Assembly: GCA_039028975.1 (NCBI GenBank)
Contig: JBCCHB010000104.1
Span: 1 to 60,392, forward strand
DNA: 60,392 bases
Origin: Chloroflexota bacterium
GTDB lineage: Bacteria; Chloroflexota; Anaerolineae; Caldilineales; Caldilineaceae
Direction: 5' to 3'
Positions 16,738-25,279 of the stretch are shown one piece after another. Position numbers and translations under genes: made by a program. Under the pieces are notes generated by a model. It saw nothing but the letters and a program-made list of their open reading frames with translations, did not search any database and was not told where the DNA came from. Each line of letters opens with the position of its first letter. The stretch's first letter is position 1.

Positions 16738-18351
16738 CTAACCTAATACAAACCTAATATCGCTGGGATTTACATTTTCAGATGATATTAGTCTAACTTG
16801 CTCTGAGCCACCAAGGTTCTCCATTAATAACTCCGCTTGGGCAAGAATGTATGCTTCGTTCATATTCCGTCCTGAAGCAATAGACTCGTAAAAAGCAGAA
16901 GCAAAGGCAATGGCAGACACATTTTCTATCTCACCCTCAATACCAATAACACAGTCAACATGACACGATATCTGCGTTGCTTGAGTATGTGAGTAACAAG
17001 AATTTAGTACTACACAACGGATATCGCCCTTAAATCCTCTAAAAATTTCGCTGAGTGTATGAGGCTCTACCCGATGATAAGTTCCTGTGTTATTTTCAAA
17101 GAGTAATGCCCCATTCTTTACGCCATGTCCACTAAAGTGAACTATAGTGGGTCTATAGTAAAGTAAATACCGTAAGACGTCTCTCGCTTTAGTCGCCCAT
17201 ATTTGCTGAATCGTAAATTGTTGTCCATAAATAGCCCGATTCAATGATTCAAAAATTTCTCTATGCTCTTTTCCGAGCTGAAGCCAAACCCTATCAGAGG
17301 GTTCGGCAGCTAAACAAAGTATTACATTTTTTTCAATATGATTGTCGTTTGATTTAGGCTGAAACTGTTGTTCTATAGTGATCGAATAAGACTCTAATTC
17401 AGGATGTTTATTCCCCAATTCATACACGAGTTGATGTGCGTCCTTCTCCGAAAGTTCTAACGTAACACGCACACTACCGGAGCTAATATTTTGCAAGAAA
17501 ACTCTCTCTGAATCTATGTCGGCAGCAGCACAAATAGCTGCGATTAAATCATCGAGATGTTTAGGTGTATAGGTAGCTATATCATTTGGGATGGATATGG
17601 TAATCTGACCACGTGATCGGTCTTTGCGTAAACGGTCGATAGCATCTTGCAAGAATTCAACATCAGCCGAGTTTTCCCGCTTGCTAAACATGTCTTGGGT
17701 ATTGTGACGACTGTTGTTAGTATCCACCTCATTAGTCAGAAGAGTATACCCAAGTTCTTGCCGTTCTCTGGTACCTATCGGGTCCCAACCCCACTCCTCT
17801 TCTAATATAGTCCATACCTCTTCAAAAAACTCAGGATTCTGGCTTAATCGCAGAGTATCCAAGAGATACATTATAAAGGAAAAGCGACGCGTGGCGCGAG
17901 GTTTGGCTATACCTTGCTCCCATGCTGCAACTGTTTTTCGAGCCTGTCGGCCGGTTAGACCTAACATTTTTGCTGCTTCAGCTTGTGATAGCCCAACCCC
18001 TTCGCGTAGCTGACACAGAATTTGAAGACGAGACGTAGTGGAACGTTGATTGCGATCTCTTGAGGAAAAATCTTCATTAAGTGCTTTTAGAGTTGGGTTC
18101 CCTGGATTATAGTCATGTGCACTTTGGATCAATTCATAAACTCGATCTGTCGCAACAGACCATTCGATGAGGCTAGATACGATTGATGCCAGATTGCTAC
18201 CAGATGCAATCCTATCCAGGGATACGTTCATCTCTACTTGAACCATCATGCGCAAAGCATCTTTGGTTCGGTAGCCATCCAGGAGCGCTTCCTTAATCTG
18301 TTTTATTTGAGAACCGTCCGGCTTCATATGGCTCTCTGTCTTACCTTCCAC
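16738..18351 (-). CDS. Effector-associated-domain (EAD-like) + HTH + C-terminal CHAT/caspase-like domain protein.
   Basis: N-terminus 'IKQIKEALLDGYRTKDALRMMVQVEMNVSLDRIASGSNLASIVSSLIEWS...NPGNPTL' is EAD-like. Central 'LSQAEAAKMLGLTGRQARKTVAAWEQG' is an HTH. C-terminal 'TIVHFSGHGVKNGALLF' (His) and 'IRCVVLNSCYSH' (Cys) form a caspase-fold dyad. Confidence 0.6.
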   Translation of the reverse strand: MEGKTESHMKPDGSQIKQIKEALLDGYRTKDALRMMVQVEMNVSLDRIASGSNLASIVSSLIEWSVATDRVYELIQSAHDYNPGNPTLKALNEDFSSRDRNQRSTTSRLQILCQLREGVGLSQAEAAKMLGLTGRQARKTVAAWEQGIAKPRATRRFSFIMYLLDTLRLSQNPEFFEEVWTILEEEWGWDPIGTRERQELGYTLLTNEVDTNNSRHNTQDMFSKRENSADVEFLQDAIDRLRKDRSRGQITISIPNDIATYTPKHLDDLIAAICAAADIDSERVFLQNISSGSVRVTLELSEKDAHQLVYELGNKHPELESYSITIEQQFQPKSNDNHIEKNVILCLAAEPSDRVWLQLGKEHREIFESLNRAIYGQQFTIQQIWATKARDVLRYLLYYRPTIVHFSGHGVKNGALLFENNTGTYHRVEPHTLSEIFRGFKGDIRCVVLNSCYSHTQATQISCHVDCVIGIEGEIENVSAIAFASAFYESIASGRNMNEAYILAQAELLMENLGGSEQVRLISSENVNPSDIRFVLG

Positions 18352-18696
18352 CCGATAACGACGGGTAATACTCTATCACTAAATAATAATCCGCTCGACT
18401 TCATCAAGACTGATCGCATTACTCGTTCTATCATGAATCCTGGTTACATCTGGTGAAGAATCAATGAATATGGTGAACGTGTCCTGCTCTGCTTCTTGAG
18501 TTAATGCCGGAATGTGTGCAGAAGCGGCGACCGCAAGATCCTAGGGTTTTGAATGGAGCGACAAGTGCGTTTGGCATGACACATTCTCCAGCGGGAATTA
18601 TACTTCATGACCAGGGATTGTGTCTACGAGAGTGTTTAGCATAAAGCGGCTTATGTTATATGTTAAGGAAGGTTAATGTGGGGATGCTCCAGGCTT

Positions 18697-19080
18697 TTAT
18701 CGGATCGTTTTTACTTGACACAGACTCAGGGTCTCCCAAGATCTATCGGCAGTGACGGCGATAAACTTGCGGCTGCAAGCGACGGCAAGGCAAGCACGAT
18801 CGCCAAAGGATAAACCAGCCTGTTTCGTCATTGGGCGCAATCGTCCTGCTTCCCAGGATAACTGACGATCAAAATCAACGATATTTCCGATACCGATCAC
18901 AGAAATTATCGTCGTCACATCCGCTTCGCTCACGCCTTTCTCCAAGAGTTTTGCAATGACTTCGGAAAGGTTGACTGAGCATATGACAGATGCAGGTATC
19001 AGTGGGGTGACTGCATCACTTCCTGTCTCATCATTGAGTAGCGCAAGCACTGCGGATGCATCCAGAATAAAATCAATCAT
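18697..19080 (-). CDS. vapC: VapC PIN-domain toxin.
   Basis: 'MIDFILDASAVLALLNDE' (PIN N-terminal Asp) and 'LSFGDRACLAVA'. 8-nt overlap with the upstream antitoxin. Confidence 0.8.
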   Translation of the reverse strand: MIDFILDASAVLALLNDETGSDAVTPLIPASVICSVNLSEVIAKLLEKGVSEADVTTIISVIGIGNIVDFDRQLSWEAGRLRPMTKQAGLSFGDRACLAVACSRKFIAVTADRSWETLSLCQVKTIR

Positions 19081-19321
19081 CTCCTGCCTCTTGTCGGCGA
19101 TCCGTAATTAATTCATCGACAAGAGGTGTGTCTGGAGGCAGATATTGGCGCAGAAGCTTCTGCGCCTTTTTCACGGCTTGATCGTGTGAAATAAGCCGCA
19201 ATTGCCCATTCTCCAGGATCAGGGTCAGTGCATCGCCGATCTGTAATCCTAACTCTTTACGAATAGATGCAGGAATCACGATGCGGTTCCCGTGCATAAT
19301 TTTGGCAGCCTCAGAAATCAT
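19073..19321 (-). CDS. vapB: AbrB/SpoVT-type VapB antitoxin.
   Basis: 'GNRIVIPASIRKELGLQIGDALTLILENGQLRL' is a swapped-hairpin AbrB/MazE-like fold. Confidence 0.75.
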   Translation of the reverse strand: MISEAAKIMHGNRIVIPASIRKELGLQIGDALTLILENGQLRLISHDQAVKKAQKLLRQYLPPDTPLVDELITDRRQEAGDD

Positions 19322-19668
19322 GGCGTAAAACCTATTTAGTGCATATCATACAAATATGCCACATCATAGGTTAAATCAGAAGCAAAAAGAGTTCATGCTC
19401 ATTCTTTCAACGTACAGGATACGGATTTAGAGTCACGAAAAACCTGCTTTCATCATTGATAATTCGGTGAGCAACATTCGGGGGCAAAGTGGAGAGCGGA
19501 GCCTCTTTAGCATTACCTGTTTCTGTCACACGCGAAACATTTGCAACAGCTTTCAGATATTAGCAATTGAGATAATTCTGTGGATTTATTGCGATAAGAT
19601 TCAACCCGATACGTTTTGGTTGCCTTTCAGATGAAGATAGTGCATTTTGGTGCCTATTATTACCGCAA

Positions 19669-19968
19669 ATGAAGACGTATTCTGCGATGACCAGCCGTTC
19701 CAATACCGATAAACAGCAACGTAAGATACAGATGGACAGGGAAATCCTGGACGTAGACGGAGCCGCCGCTTTGCTAGGCGTTTCCAAACGCACCATCTAT
19801 AAGCTAGTCAGTGATGGAGAACTGCCAGCCAAGAAAGTTGGCAAGGAATGGCGATTCTCCAAGAAAAAGCTTGTGGAGTGGGTCACACAGGGCGAACCAC
19901 AGGGGAATACCGATTCTGCCGAAGCGCTCCTTAAAAATCCTAATATCCGCTTTGGTTCGCGTTCATGA
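19669..19968 (+). CDS. Excisionase/AlpA-like HTH (HTH_17) DNA-binding protein.
   Basis: 'LDVDGAAALLGVSKRTIYKLVSDGELPAKKVGKEWRFSKKKLVEWV' matches the excisionase-family HTH. Confidence 0.65.
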   Translation: MKTYSAMTSRSNTDKQQRKIQMDREILDVDGAAALLGVSKRTIYKLVSDGELPAKKVGKEWRFSKKKLVEWVTQGEPQGNTDSAEALLKNPNIRFGSRS

Positions 19969-19969
19969 C

Positions 19970-20623
19970 TTATCTGTCTCTCAGCACTATCGGTAGTACT
20001 CCATCCTTATAGTAGGCTTCTGCTATCCCAAGGTATCTACGAAGCCCATAGGGAAAGGTAGCCACGGCTTCAAAGGGAATATTTCCTTCTGTCACCCGTT
20101 TAACGCCTGTTGGCCTCTTGCCACGTTTGCTAAGAGGGCCATCCACTGGTACGCGTTTCGTGGTGCTTCTTCCGGCCTCTATTCCCTCGAACCCTAACAG
20201 GGGAGCTAAACGGTTGACTTCTGTGATCCATTGCGGATCGTTATGGGAGGTGGTTCCGGTCATACCACCAAGATGGTAATGTACCGAAGCATGAATACAT
20301 TCATGCAGCAACACATCAAAGGCAAAAGACTGGCCAAGCCATTCGGATGGCACGCCCCAAGGCTCTTTGGCTGCTGTGCCGCCAAAGACGGAAGGATGCA
20401 TGATCATGGTTGGTGGATGCCTGTCACTGGCAGCGCACTGCCCCAGGCATCTCCCATGTGCGGTCAGAGAGAGAATCAGGTGCGGATATGGTAAAGCACC
20501 CTCAAACCACGCTGCATTGATGGCGTCAAAGGCTGCATAGAGCCACCTGCCCTGCTCTCCATAGAATGTCTCTGCCACCAGATGGCAAGCCTCTCTCACT
20601 GCAACTTCGTTCCTGTAACACAT
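19970..20623 (-). CDS. SprT-like zinc metalloprotease-domain protein.
   Basis: HExxH in 'VLLHECIHASVHYH'. N-terminal 'FDAINAAWFEGALPYPHLILSLTAHGRCLGQC' is a SprT-like pattern. Confidence 0.6.
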   Translation of the reverse strand: MCYRNEVAVREACHLVAETFYGEQGRWLYAAFDAINAAWFEGALPYPHLILSLTAHGRCLGQCAASDRHPPTMIMHPSVFGGTAAKEPWGVPSEWLGQSFAFDVLLHECIHASVHYHLGGMTGTTSHNDPQWITEVNRLAPLLGFEGIEAGRSTTKRVPVDGPLSKRGKRPTGVKRVTEGNIPFEAVATFPYGLRRYLGIAEAYYKDGVLPIVLRDR

Positions 20624-20751
20624 AACAACATGTTACAGGATAGGTAGCTGGTAGTAAAGGCAGATTCAGAATCCAGGCTTGGGTAAACTTGCATGACAAA
20701 TCAACAGAAAATACGATGGCAAACAGTACTAATCTATGCTATAAGTAAAGA

Positions 20752-21003
20752 ATGGCTATTGTTATTGATACTCTTCAGGCAATGAAGGCTCTCACAGAGG
20801 GCGGTGTTTTTACGCAAGCTCAGGCTGAGCGGATTGTCGATGTAGTGGCCGAAGCAAATGATGATGTGGCCACAAAGGGTGATATGAAAGAGTTGCGAGC
20901 AGATCTCGAGATTCTTCGTCGTGACATCACTATCAAAATGTATGTTTCTACCTTCAGTGCAGCAGCATTTGTCATTGGTGCCATACGGCTAATGGGTATT
21001 TAG
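20752..21003 (+). CDS. Small coiled-coil/membrane-anchored hypothetical protein (DUF1640-like).
   Basis: ORF with a C-terminal hydrophobic tail 'STFSAAAFVIGAIRLMGI'. Confidence 0.3.
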   Translation: MAIVIDTLQAMKALTEGGVFTQAQAERIVDVVAEANDDVATKGDMKELRADLEILRRDITIKMYVSTFSAAAFVIGAIRLMGI

Positions 21004-21191
21004 GCAGAGAACCTTCTCTTATTGCCCCGGCAATGGCAATTTTCCCCTCATCCATTTCCATAATGGAGTTGATCGTGCCAAAATCCCCCAATTTGCATTG
21101 CCAGGTATGTGTGTACCAGGGTATGTACACTGGAAAGTTAGCATCCGGTTTTTCAGCACAAGACTTTCACTCAGATATTTCTCATCTCATT

Positions 21192-22241
21192 TTACTGATG
21201 CCTTCTCTTTTCATGGACTTTACGACAGAAGCCGATAAATGCTGCATCAGGATTACGGGGCGGCTCCGTCATCCATTCCCGCCACTCCTCCTCCAAATTA
21301 TAAATATCGCGCCCTGGGGCGGCTAAACGGGCTTTGTGATATGTATCCGGCTTCAAAGGAGGGCAGAAGGGACCAGTTTGTTTATCCTCCTCTATGCACA
21401 ATGGCATTGTGTTTCTATTTCTAAACTCCACCTGATCCGCCTGCTCATAAAAGATGACTGTGTAATCTGGTAAATGATCGTGTGCGGCCAGATGCTTTAT
21501 AGATCGGCGAAATTCTTTCAAGGAAGCTTTAGAACCAGATTTTTTATGCATTACCTCCAAAGATACAGACCACCTCTCTTGTTGGCCGCAGTGTTTTCTG
21601 GCTAATTCATAGGTTCTTCGCTCGATGGGCTTCCGTAAGCGGAAATAGTCACGATGTAGAGTCAATACTTCGCGTTCGCGTATTGCATCAAAGACCCAAT
21701 CTGATAACACAACCTCACAGTAGAGTAAGCGCCCATCTAGGCCGAATTTTCGGGCTACCGTTGCTGCTTCAATCAGGCCAAATGCTTCCCATTTCTCCTC
21801 GTCACCTCGGTGTATATTGGTGCGGATACGTGTTCCATCCAAACGATCTAAAGCCTCGCATAGAGCCTGATAATCCTTGCCAGCCGTTCCCCGATTGGTA
21901 AATTTCAGTAACTCATGTGCATTGAGACGTACTCGCTTACCAACTGGTTTATCTTCCCTAAGTCTTGCGATAACCTGAGAAATCGCATATATCAAGATAT
22001 CTTTATCGTATATGGTCGCTAATCCCTTCACACTGGGAACAACCTCTAACCAATTGCCATTATGTTCGTATCGCCGGATATTAGTCTCTGGCTTTTTCGA
22101 CAAAGAATAAAATGGGTGCTCCATTTGCGGGATAATGTCTTTCAGTACCGCATCTGCAACATCGCAGATAAACAGATCGTGCTGCGGATGACGATCCGGT
22201 AATAGTTGGTCGTCGTTGTTGTTCGGGGTTTCACACACCAT
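21192..22241 (-). CDS. repA: Plasmid replication initiator protein RepA (RPA family, PF10134-like).
   Basis: 'MEHPFYSLSKKPETNIRRYEHNGNWLEV', 'GLATIYDKDILIYAISQV' and 'LLKFTNRGTAGKDYQALCEALDRLDGTRIRTNI' match conserved RPA-family blocks. Iterons lie immediately upstream and overlap the start codon. Confidence 0.8.
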   Translation of the reverse strand: MVCETPNNNDDQLLPDRHPQHDLFICDVADAVLKDIIPQMEHPFYSLSKKPETNIRRYEHNGNWLEVVPSVKGLATIYDKDILIYAISQVIARLREDKPVGKRVRLNAHELLKFTNRGTAGKDYQALCEALDRLDGTRIRTNIHRGDEEKWEAFGLIEAATVARKFGLDGRLLYCEVVLSDWVFDAIREREVLTLHRDYFRLRKPIERRTYELARKHCGQQERWSVSLEVMHKKSGSKASLKEFRRSIKHLAAHDHLPDYTVIFYEQADQVEFRNRNTMPLCIEEDKQTGPFCPPLKPDTYHKARLAAPGRDIYNLEEEWREWMTEPPRNPDAAFIGFCRKVHEKRRHQ

Positions 22242-22372
22242 AGAGTATGTTTCGGGGTTTTACACACCCTTGTCAAGAACTTTCGGGGTATTAAACACCG
22301 CCTGTAGATAAACCGGATTTTACCCACCAAGTTTCGGGGTTTTACACACCAAAATTCGGGGTTTCACACACC
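22222..22372. repeat. Iteron array: five copies of an 18-bp TTCGGGGTTT(T/C)ACACACC repeat with 22- to 31-bp spacing, plus a degenerate half copy.
   Basis: Copies at 22222-22239 (overlaps the repA ATG), 22251-22268, 22282-22299 (degenerate), 22333-22350 and 22355-22372. Half copy near 22311-22328. Confidence 0.75.
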
Positions 22373-22475
22373 GCCTAGTTCAAATAATAACCTAAAATCA
22401 AACCCCTATAAGCAAAAAATTTCCTTTAACACCTATTTAACACCTATCTAACACACTACGTGCGCGAGGAAGCCT

Positions 22476-22484
22476 GTGGATAAC
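22476..22484 (-). promoter_or_regulatory. Consensus DnaA box (TTATCCACA on the minus strand) next to the AT-rich stretch and TTAACACCTAT repeats.
   Basis: 'tgtggataa' at 22476-22484. 'ttaacacctat' x2 at ~22425-22447. An AT-rich run at 22380-22420. Confidence 0.4.
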
Positions 22485-22514
22485 ACCAAATTCTAATGCC
22501 AACATAAAAATTGC

Positions 22515-22632
22515 ATTCGCTCAAAGAGCGAATAGATTTTGATTAGTACCTACCCTTCGGTCGCCATGCTCCCTACGCCCCACACCTACGGTGTGGCCTA
22601 AAATGCATGAGCGATGCATTTGCATCGCTCAT
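22515..22632. other. Cluster of three perfect hairpins (8-bp, 7-bp and 12-bp stems) between oriV and the primase gene. Candidate oriT, single-strand initiation site, or primase loading site.
   Basis: attcgctc-aaa-gagcgaat (22515-22533); ccacacc-tac-ggtgtgg (22580-22596); atgagcgatgca-tt-tgcatcgctcat (22607-22632). Confidence 0.45.
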
Positions 22633-22776
22633 AACTCATCCTGATGACTAGGCAATGACAACAGAACGCAGCACTCCATGCAGATGTGGAAATGCAAAGA
22701 GAGTCAAAAAGAAGACTGATGAAAGAAAAAATAAAGGCTTTTTTGGGGTTGTTGGTTAACAAGAGGAAGGGAATAC

Positions 22777-23769
22777 TCAAGCGATGCAGGCGGCTAGTCT
22801 GTTTTGGATGAGGAAGGCATTGTAGTCATGGAAAGAGGCATAGAGGGGAGATTGATCGATGAGGGTAAGGTCTGGCAGCTTCTCTTGTAGGTAAGAGACT
22901 AACTCTTTGCCTGTATCATCATGATCTAGATAGAGATGAACCTCCCCTACTCCCATCTCCTGGATAGTTTCCACAGCACGTTTCCTTAGAGAGGCAGAAT
23001 TGAGAATGATCACGGGCATGGGCAGTGTCCTACTGCCTCTATGTTGCATCCAGGACAGAAAATCCATAAAGCCCTCAAACATGGCAACAGCATCCGGTAT
23101 GGATGCTGTTGCGTGTTGTGGAGACAGCAGGGTGAGATCTTTCTTGCCTTGGGCGCTCTTGAAGCCACGGGAGCGGAGTTCATACCCACCGCTCCTACTG
23201 GCAAAGGCAAGAGAATAGAAGCGTCTATCACCACGTTGATAGTGCATCTCCTGTAGCCAGGGCATTGCTATCGCTTTGTCGATACCACGTTCTTTCAGAT
23301 ACTGAATTAATCCTAAACTCTGCAAAGGAAGGATTCTAAGCACCGTGAGAGCATCATCCGCACCCTCCGGGTGGGATTCTCTATCCAAACCCTCTTTCGC
23401 TGCTCTACGGGCATCTATGGCCCTTTGGTGCGCGTCCTCCCACAAAGAAGGCTGCACAGGTGCAAGCGATGGATCACCCAGGCTCGTAGAGCGGGCAATC
23501 GGTAAGGCTTCCAGCTTGCGTAAGGCTCCCGCTACATCATCCACAGCCAAGCCGTAATACAGGCACACAAATTTCAGGATGTTGCCCCCTACCCCAGACC
23601 CGTGGTCGTACCAAGCTTTCCCGTCACGGCTTATCTTGAAAGACGCATCACTTTCTTGCCGCCAAGGACTACAATACCACCACTCCCCTCGGACCTGGCG
23701 GACCGCCTCACACCCCAAAGCCGAAAGCAAGTCTCGAATATGGATGGTCTTGGCCTCTTGGGTGCGCAT
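22777..23769 (-). CDS. Primase-like protein: degenerate CHC2-type Zn-finger-like N-terminus plus C-terminal Toprim domain (plasmid TraC/DUF3991-like).
   Basis: 'WYCSPWRQESDASFKISRDGKAWYDHGSGVGGNILKFV' (primase Zn-binding-like, with cysteines largely lost). C-terminal 'VHLYLDHDDTGKELV' is a Toprim acidic motif. Confidence 0.55.
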   Translation of the reverse strand: MRTQEAKTIHIRDLLSALGCEAVRQVRGEWWYCSPWRQESDASFKISRDGKAWYDHGSGVGGNILKFVCLYYGLAVDDVAGALRKLEALPIARSTSLGDPSLAPVQPSLWEDAHQRAIDARRAAKEGLDRESHPEGADDALTVLRILPLQSLGLIQYLKERGIDKAIAMPWLQEMHYQRGDRRFYSLAFASRSGGYELRSRGFKSAQGKKDLTLLSPQHATASIPDAVAMFEGFMDFLSWMQHRGSRTLPMPVIILNSASLRKRAVETIQEMGVGEVHLYLDHDDTGKELVSYLQEKLPDLTLIDQSPLYASFHDYNAFLIQNRLAACIA

Positions 23770-24138
23770 GGAAAACTTTCTTTTTTCATGAATAATATGT
23801 TTCTCGAAGGCGTATGAGTGTTCTAACTTAAAAAATCTTTATAAACTCATGAGCATCTCCAACTCAGAAAGTGCAATTGTGACGTAATGTCAATACAATT
23901 GAGCTATTGCACTTGTGAACAACTGCACAGCAGAGCTAACATACACGTGTATTATTGTAGGCTCATATTGGATTCCTGGGATCTAATGCAAAGGGTCCCC
24001 AAGCAGATCCTTGGAATCCATCATGAGCCTTATTGTATAGCCTTTCTGCTGTATGATTGTACTAAAAAACAGTTGTTTCTCTATATAATTGCGCTATTGT
24101 GCAGTTGTATAGCAATTAATCTAACGAAGTAGAGGGCC

Positions 24139-24888
24139 ATGATTACAGCATTCATCAATCAGAAGGGAGGGGTAGGAAAAACAGCTACGGTTCTTCAAGC
24201 AGGTGGCATTCTGGCTGCTTCGGGCAAAAGGGTTCTACTTGTGGACGCAGACCCACAAGCAAGCTTATCTATCGATTTTGGTATTGAATCCCCTGATCCA
24301 GGATTAGATGACGTCATACTAGATGGTCGTTCAGTGAATGATATTATTCATCAGGTAAGAGATAATCTCGACTTAGCACCGACATCAATTCATCTGGCGC
24401 GAGCCGAACTTGAATTACAGAGCGCCTTTAATCGCGAATACCGAATGAAGGATGCATTAACCCCACTCCGAGATAAGTATGATCATGTACTCATTGATTG
24501 CCCTCCTAGTCTTGGCTTAATGGCTGTCAATAGTTTGGCAGTTAGCGACGACATCGCAATTGTCATGTCGTGTGATTATCAAGCCTTGATGAGTGTCGGG
24601 CTTCTGTATGAATCTGTGGTGGCACTCAAGGCTCAGATAAATTCAGACCTCTCAATTCGAGGACTCATTCGCACACGCTATGACGGACGCACAAATCATT
24701 CTGAATCAGTAGCACAAAAGGTAGTCGAATTATACGCCGACTATTTCCATATCTTTGATACGATTATAGGTGAACGCACAGTTATAAAGGATGCGACTGC
24801 TGCACATCAATTGATAATCGAATACCAGCGAGGTAGCGATGCTGCAAAAGACTATATCAAGCTGACAAAGGAGGTCTTCGGTGAGTAA
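24139..24888 (+). CDS. parA: ParA/Soj-family partition ATPase.
   Basis: Deviant Walker A 'INQKGGVGKTAT'. ParA-typical 'LLVDADPQASLS' and 'VLIDCPPSLG'. Confidence 0.9.
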   Translation: MITAFINQKGGVGKTATVLQAGGILAASGKRVLLVDADPQASLSIDFGIESPDPGLDDVILDGRSVNDIIHQVRDNLDLAPTSIHLARAELELQSAFNREYRMKDALTPLRDKYDHVLIDCPPSLGLMAVNSLAVSDDIAIVMSCDYQALMSVGLLYESVVALKAQINSDLSIRGLIRTRYDGRTNHSESVAQKVVELYADYFHIFDTIIGERTVIKDATAAHQLIIEYQRGSDAAKDYIKLTKEVFGE

Positions 24889-25231
24889 GAAGCAAGGTAG
24901 CCCATTAGATTCTCTGCAACGTCGTGACCTTCCAAAACTGGATGATATTAAATCTGTGCGAGAAAACAATTGTACAGTAGAACAGTTAGACAGTAAGAAC
25001 GAAGTTGCAAAAGAACCGACGCGATCTTCCAATGTGACTTTACCTATTTCTATGTGGGATTGGATCGACGACCGACATCGTGAAATCCAGCGTAGCGGAT
25101 GGCATTCTATTCGTAAAGCTGCTGTGATTCGAGCTATTATCCAAACTGCTATATCGGTTGAGGTTGATCTGACAGGTGTGACAACAGAAGAAGAAATATC
25201 TCAACGGTATAGAAGTGCAATTCAACAATAG
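24881..25231 (+). CDS. Small partition/centromere-binding protein candidate (ParG/RHH-like). Overlaps parA by 8 nt.
   Basis: Genomic position and coupling to parA. 'NVTLPISMWDWIDDRHRE' is an RHH-like beta-strand/helix. Its stop lies inside a 36-bp palindrome. Confidence 0.45.
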   Translation: MSKKQGSPLDSLQRRDLPKLDDIKSVRENNCTVEQLDSKNEVAKEPTRSSNVTLPISMWDWIDDRHREIQRSGWHSIRKAAVIRAIIQTAISVEVDLTGVTTEEEISQRYRSAIQQ

Positions 25232-25258
25232 CACAGTTGATCAACTGTGCTATTGTTG
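25223..25258. promoter_or_regulatory. Perfect 36-bp palindrome CAACAATAGCACAGTTGA|TCAACTGTGCTATTGTTG. Candidate centromere (parS/parC) or operator site.
   Basis: 18+18 nt exact reverse complement. Related CTATTG...GCAGTTG/CACAGTTG motifs recur upstream of parA at ~23900-23930 and ~24090-24115. Confidence 0.6.
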
Positions 25259-25279
25259 AATTGGCGATGTTTCAAACAT

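Noticed and set aside
21033-21326. 97-aa plus-strand ORF at the 3' end of repA
   Set aside because: Overlaps repA antisense, with no RBS or motifs. Likely spurious.
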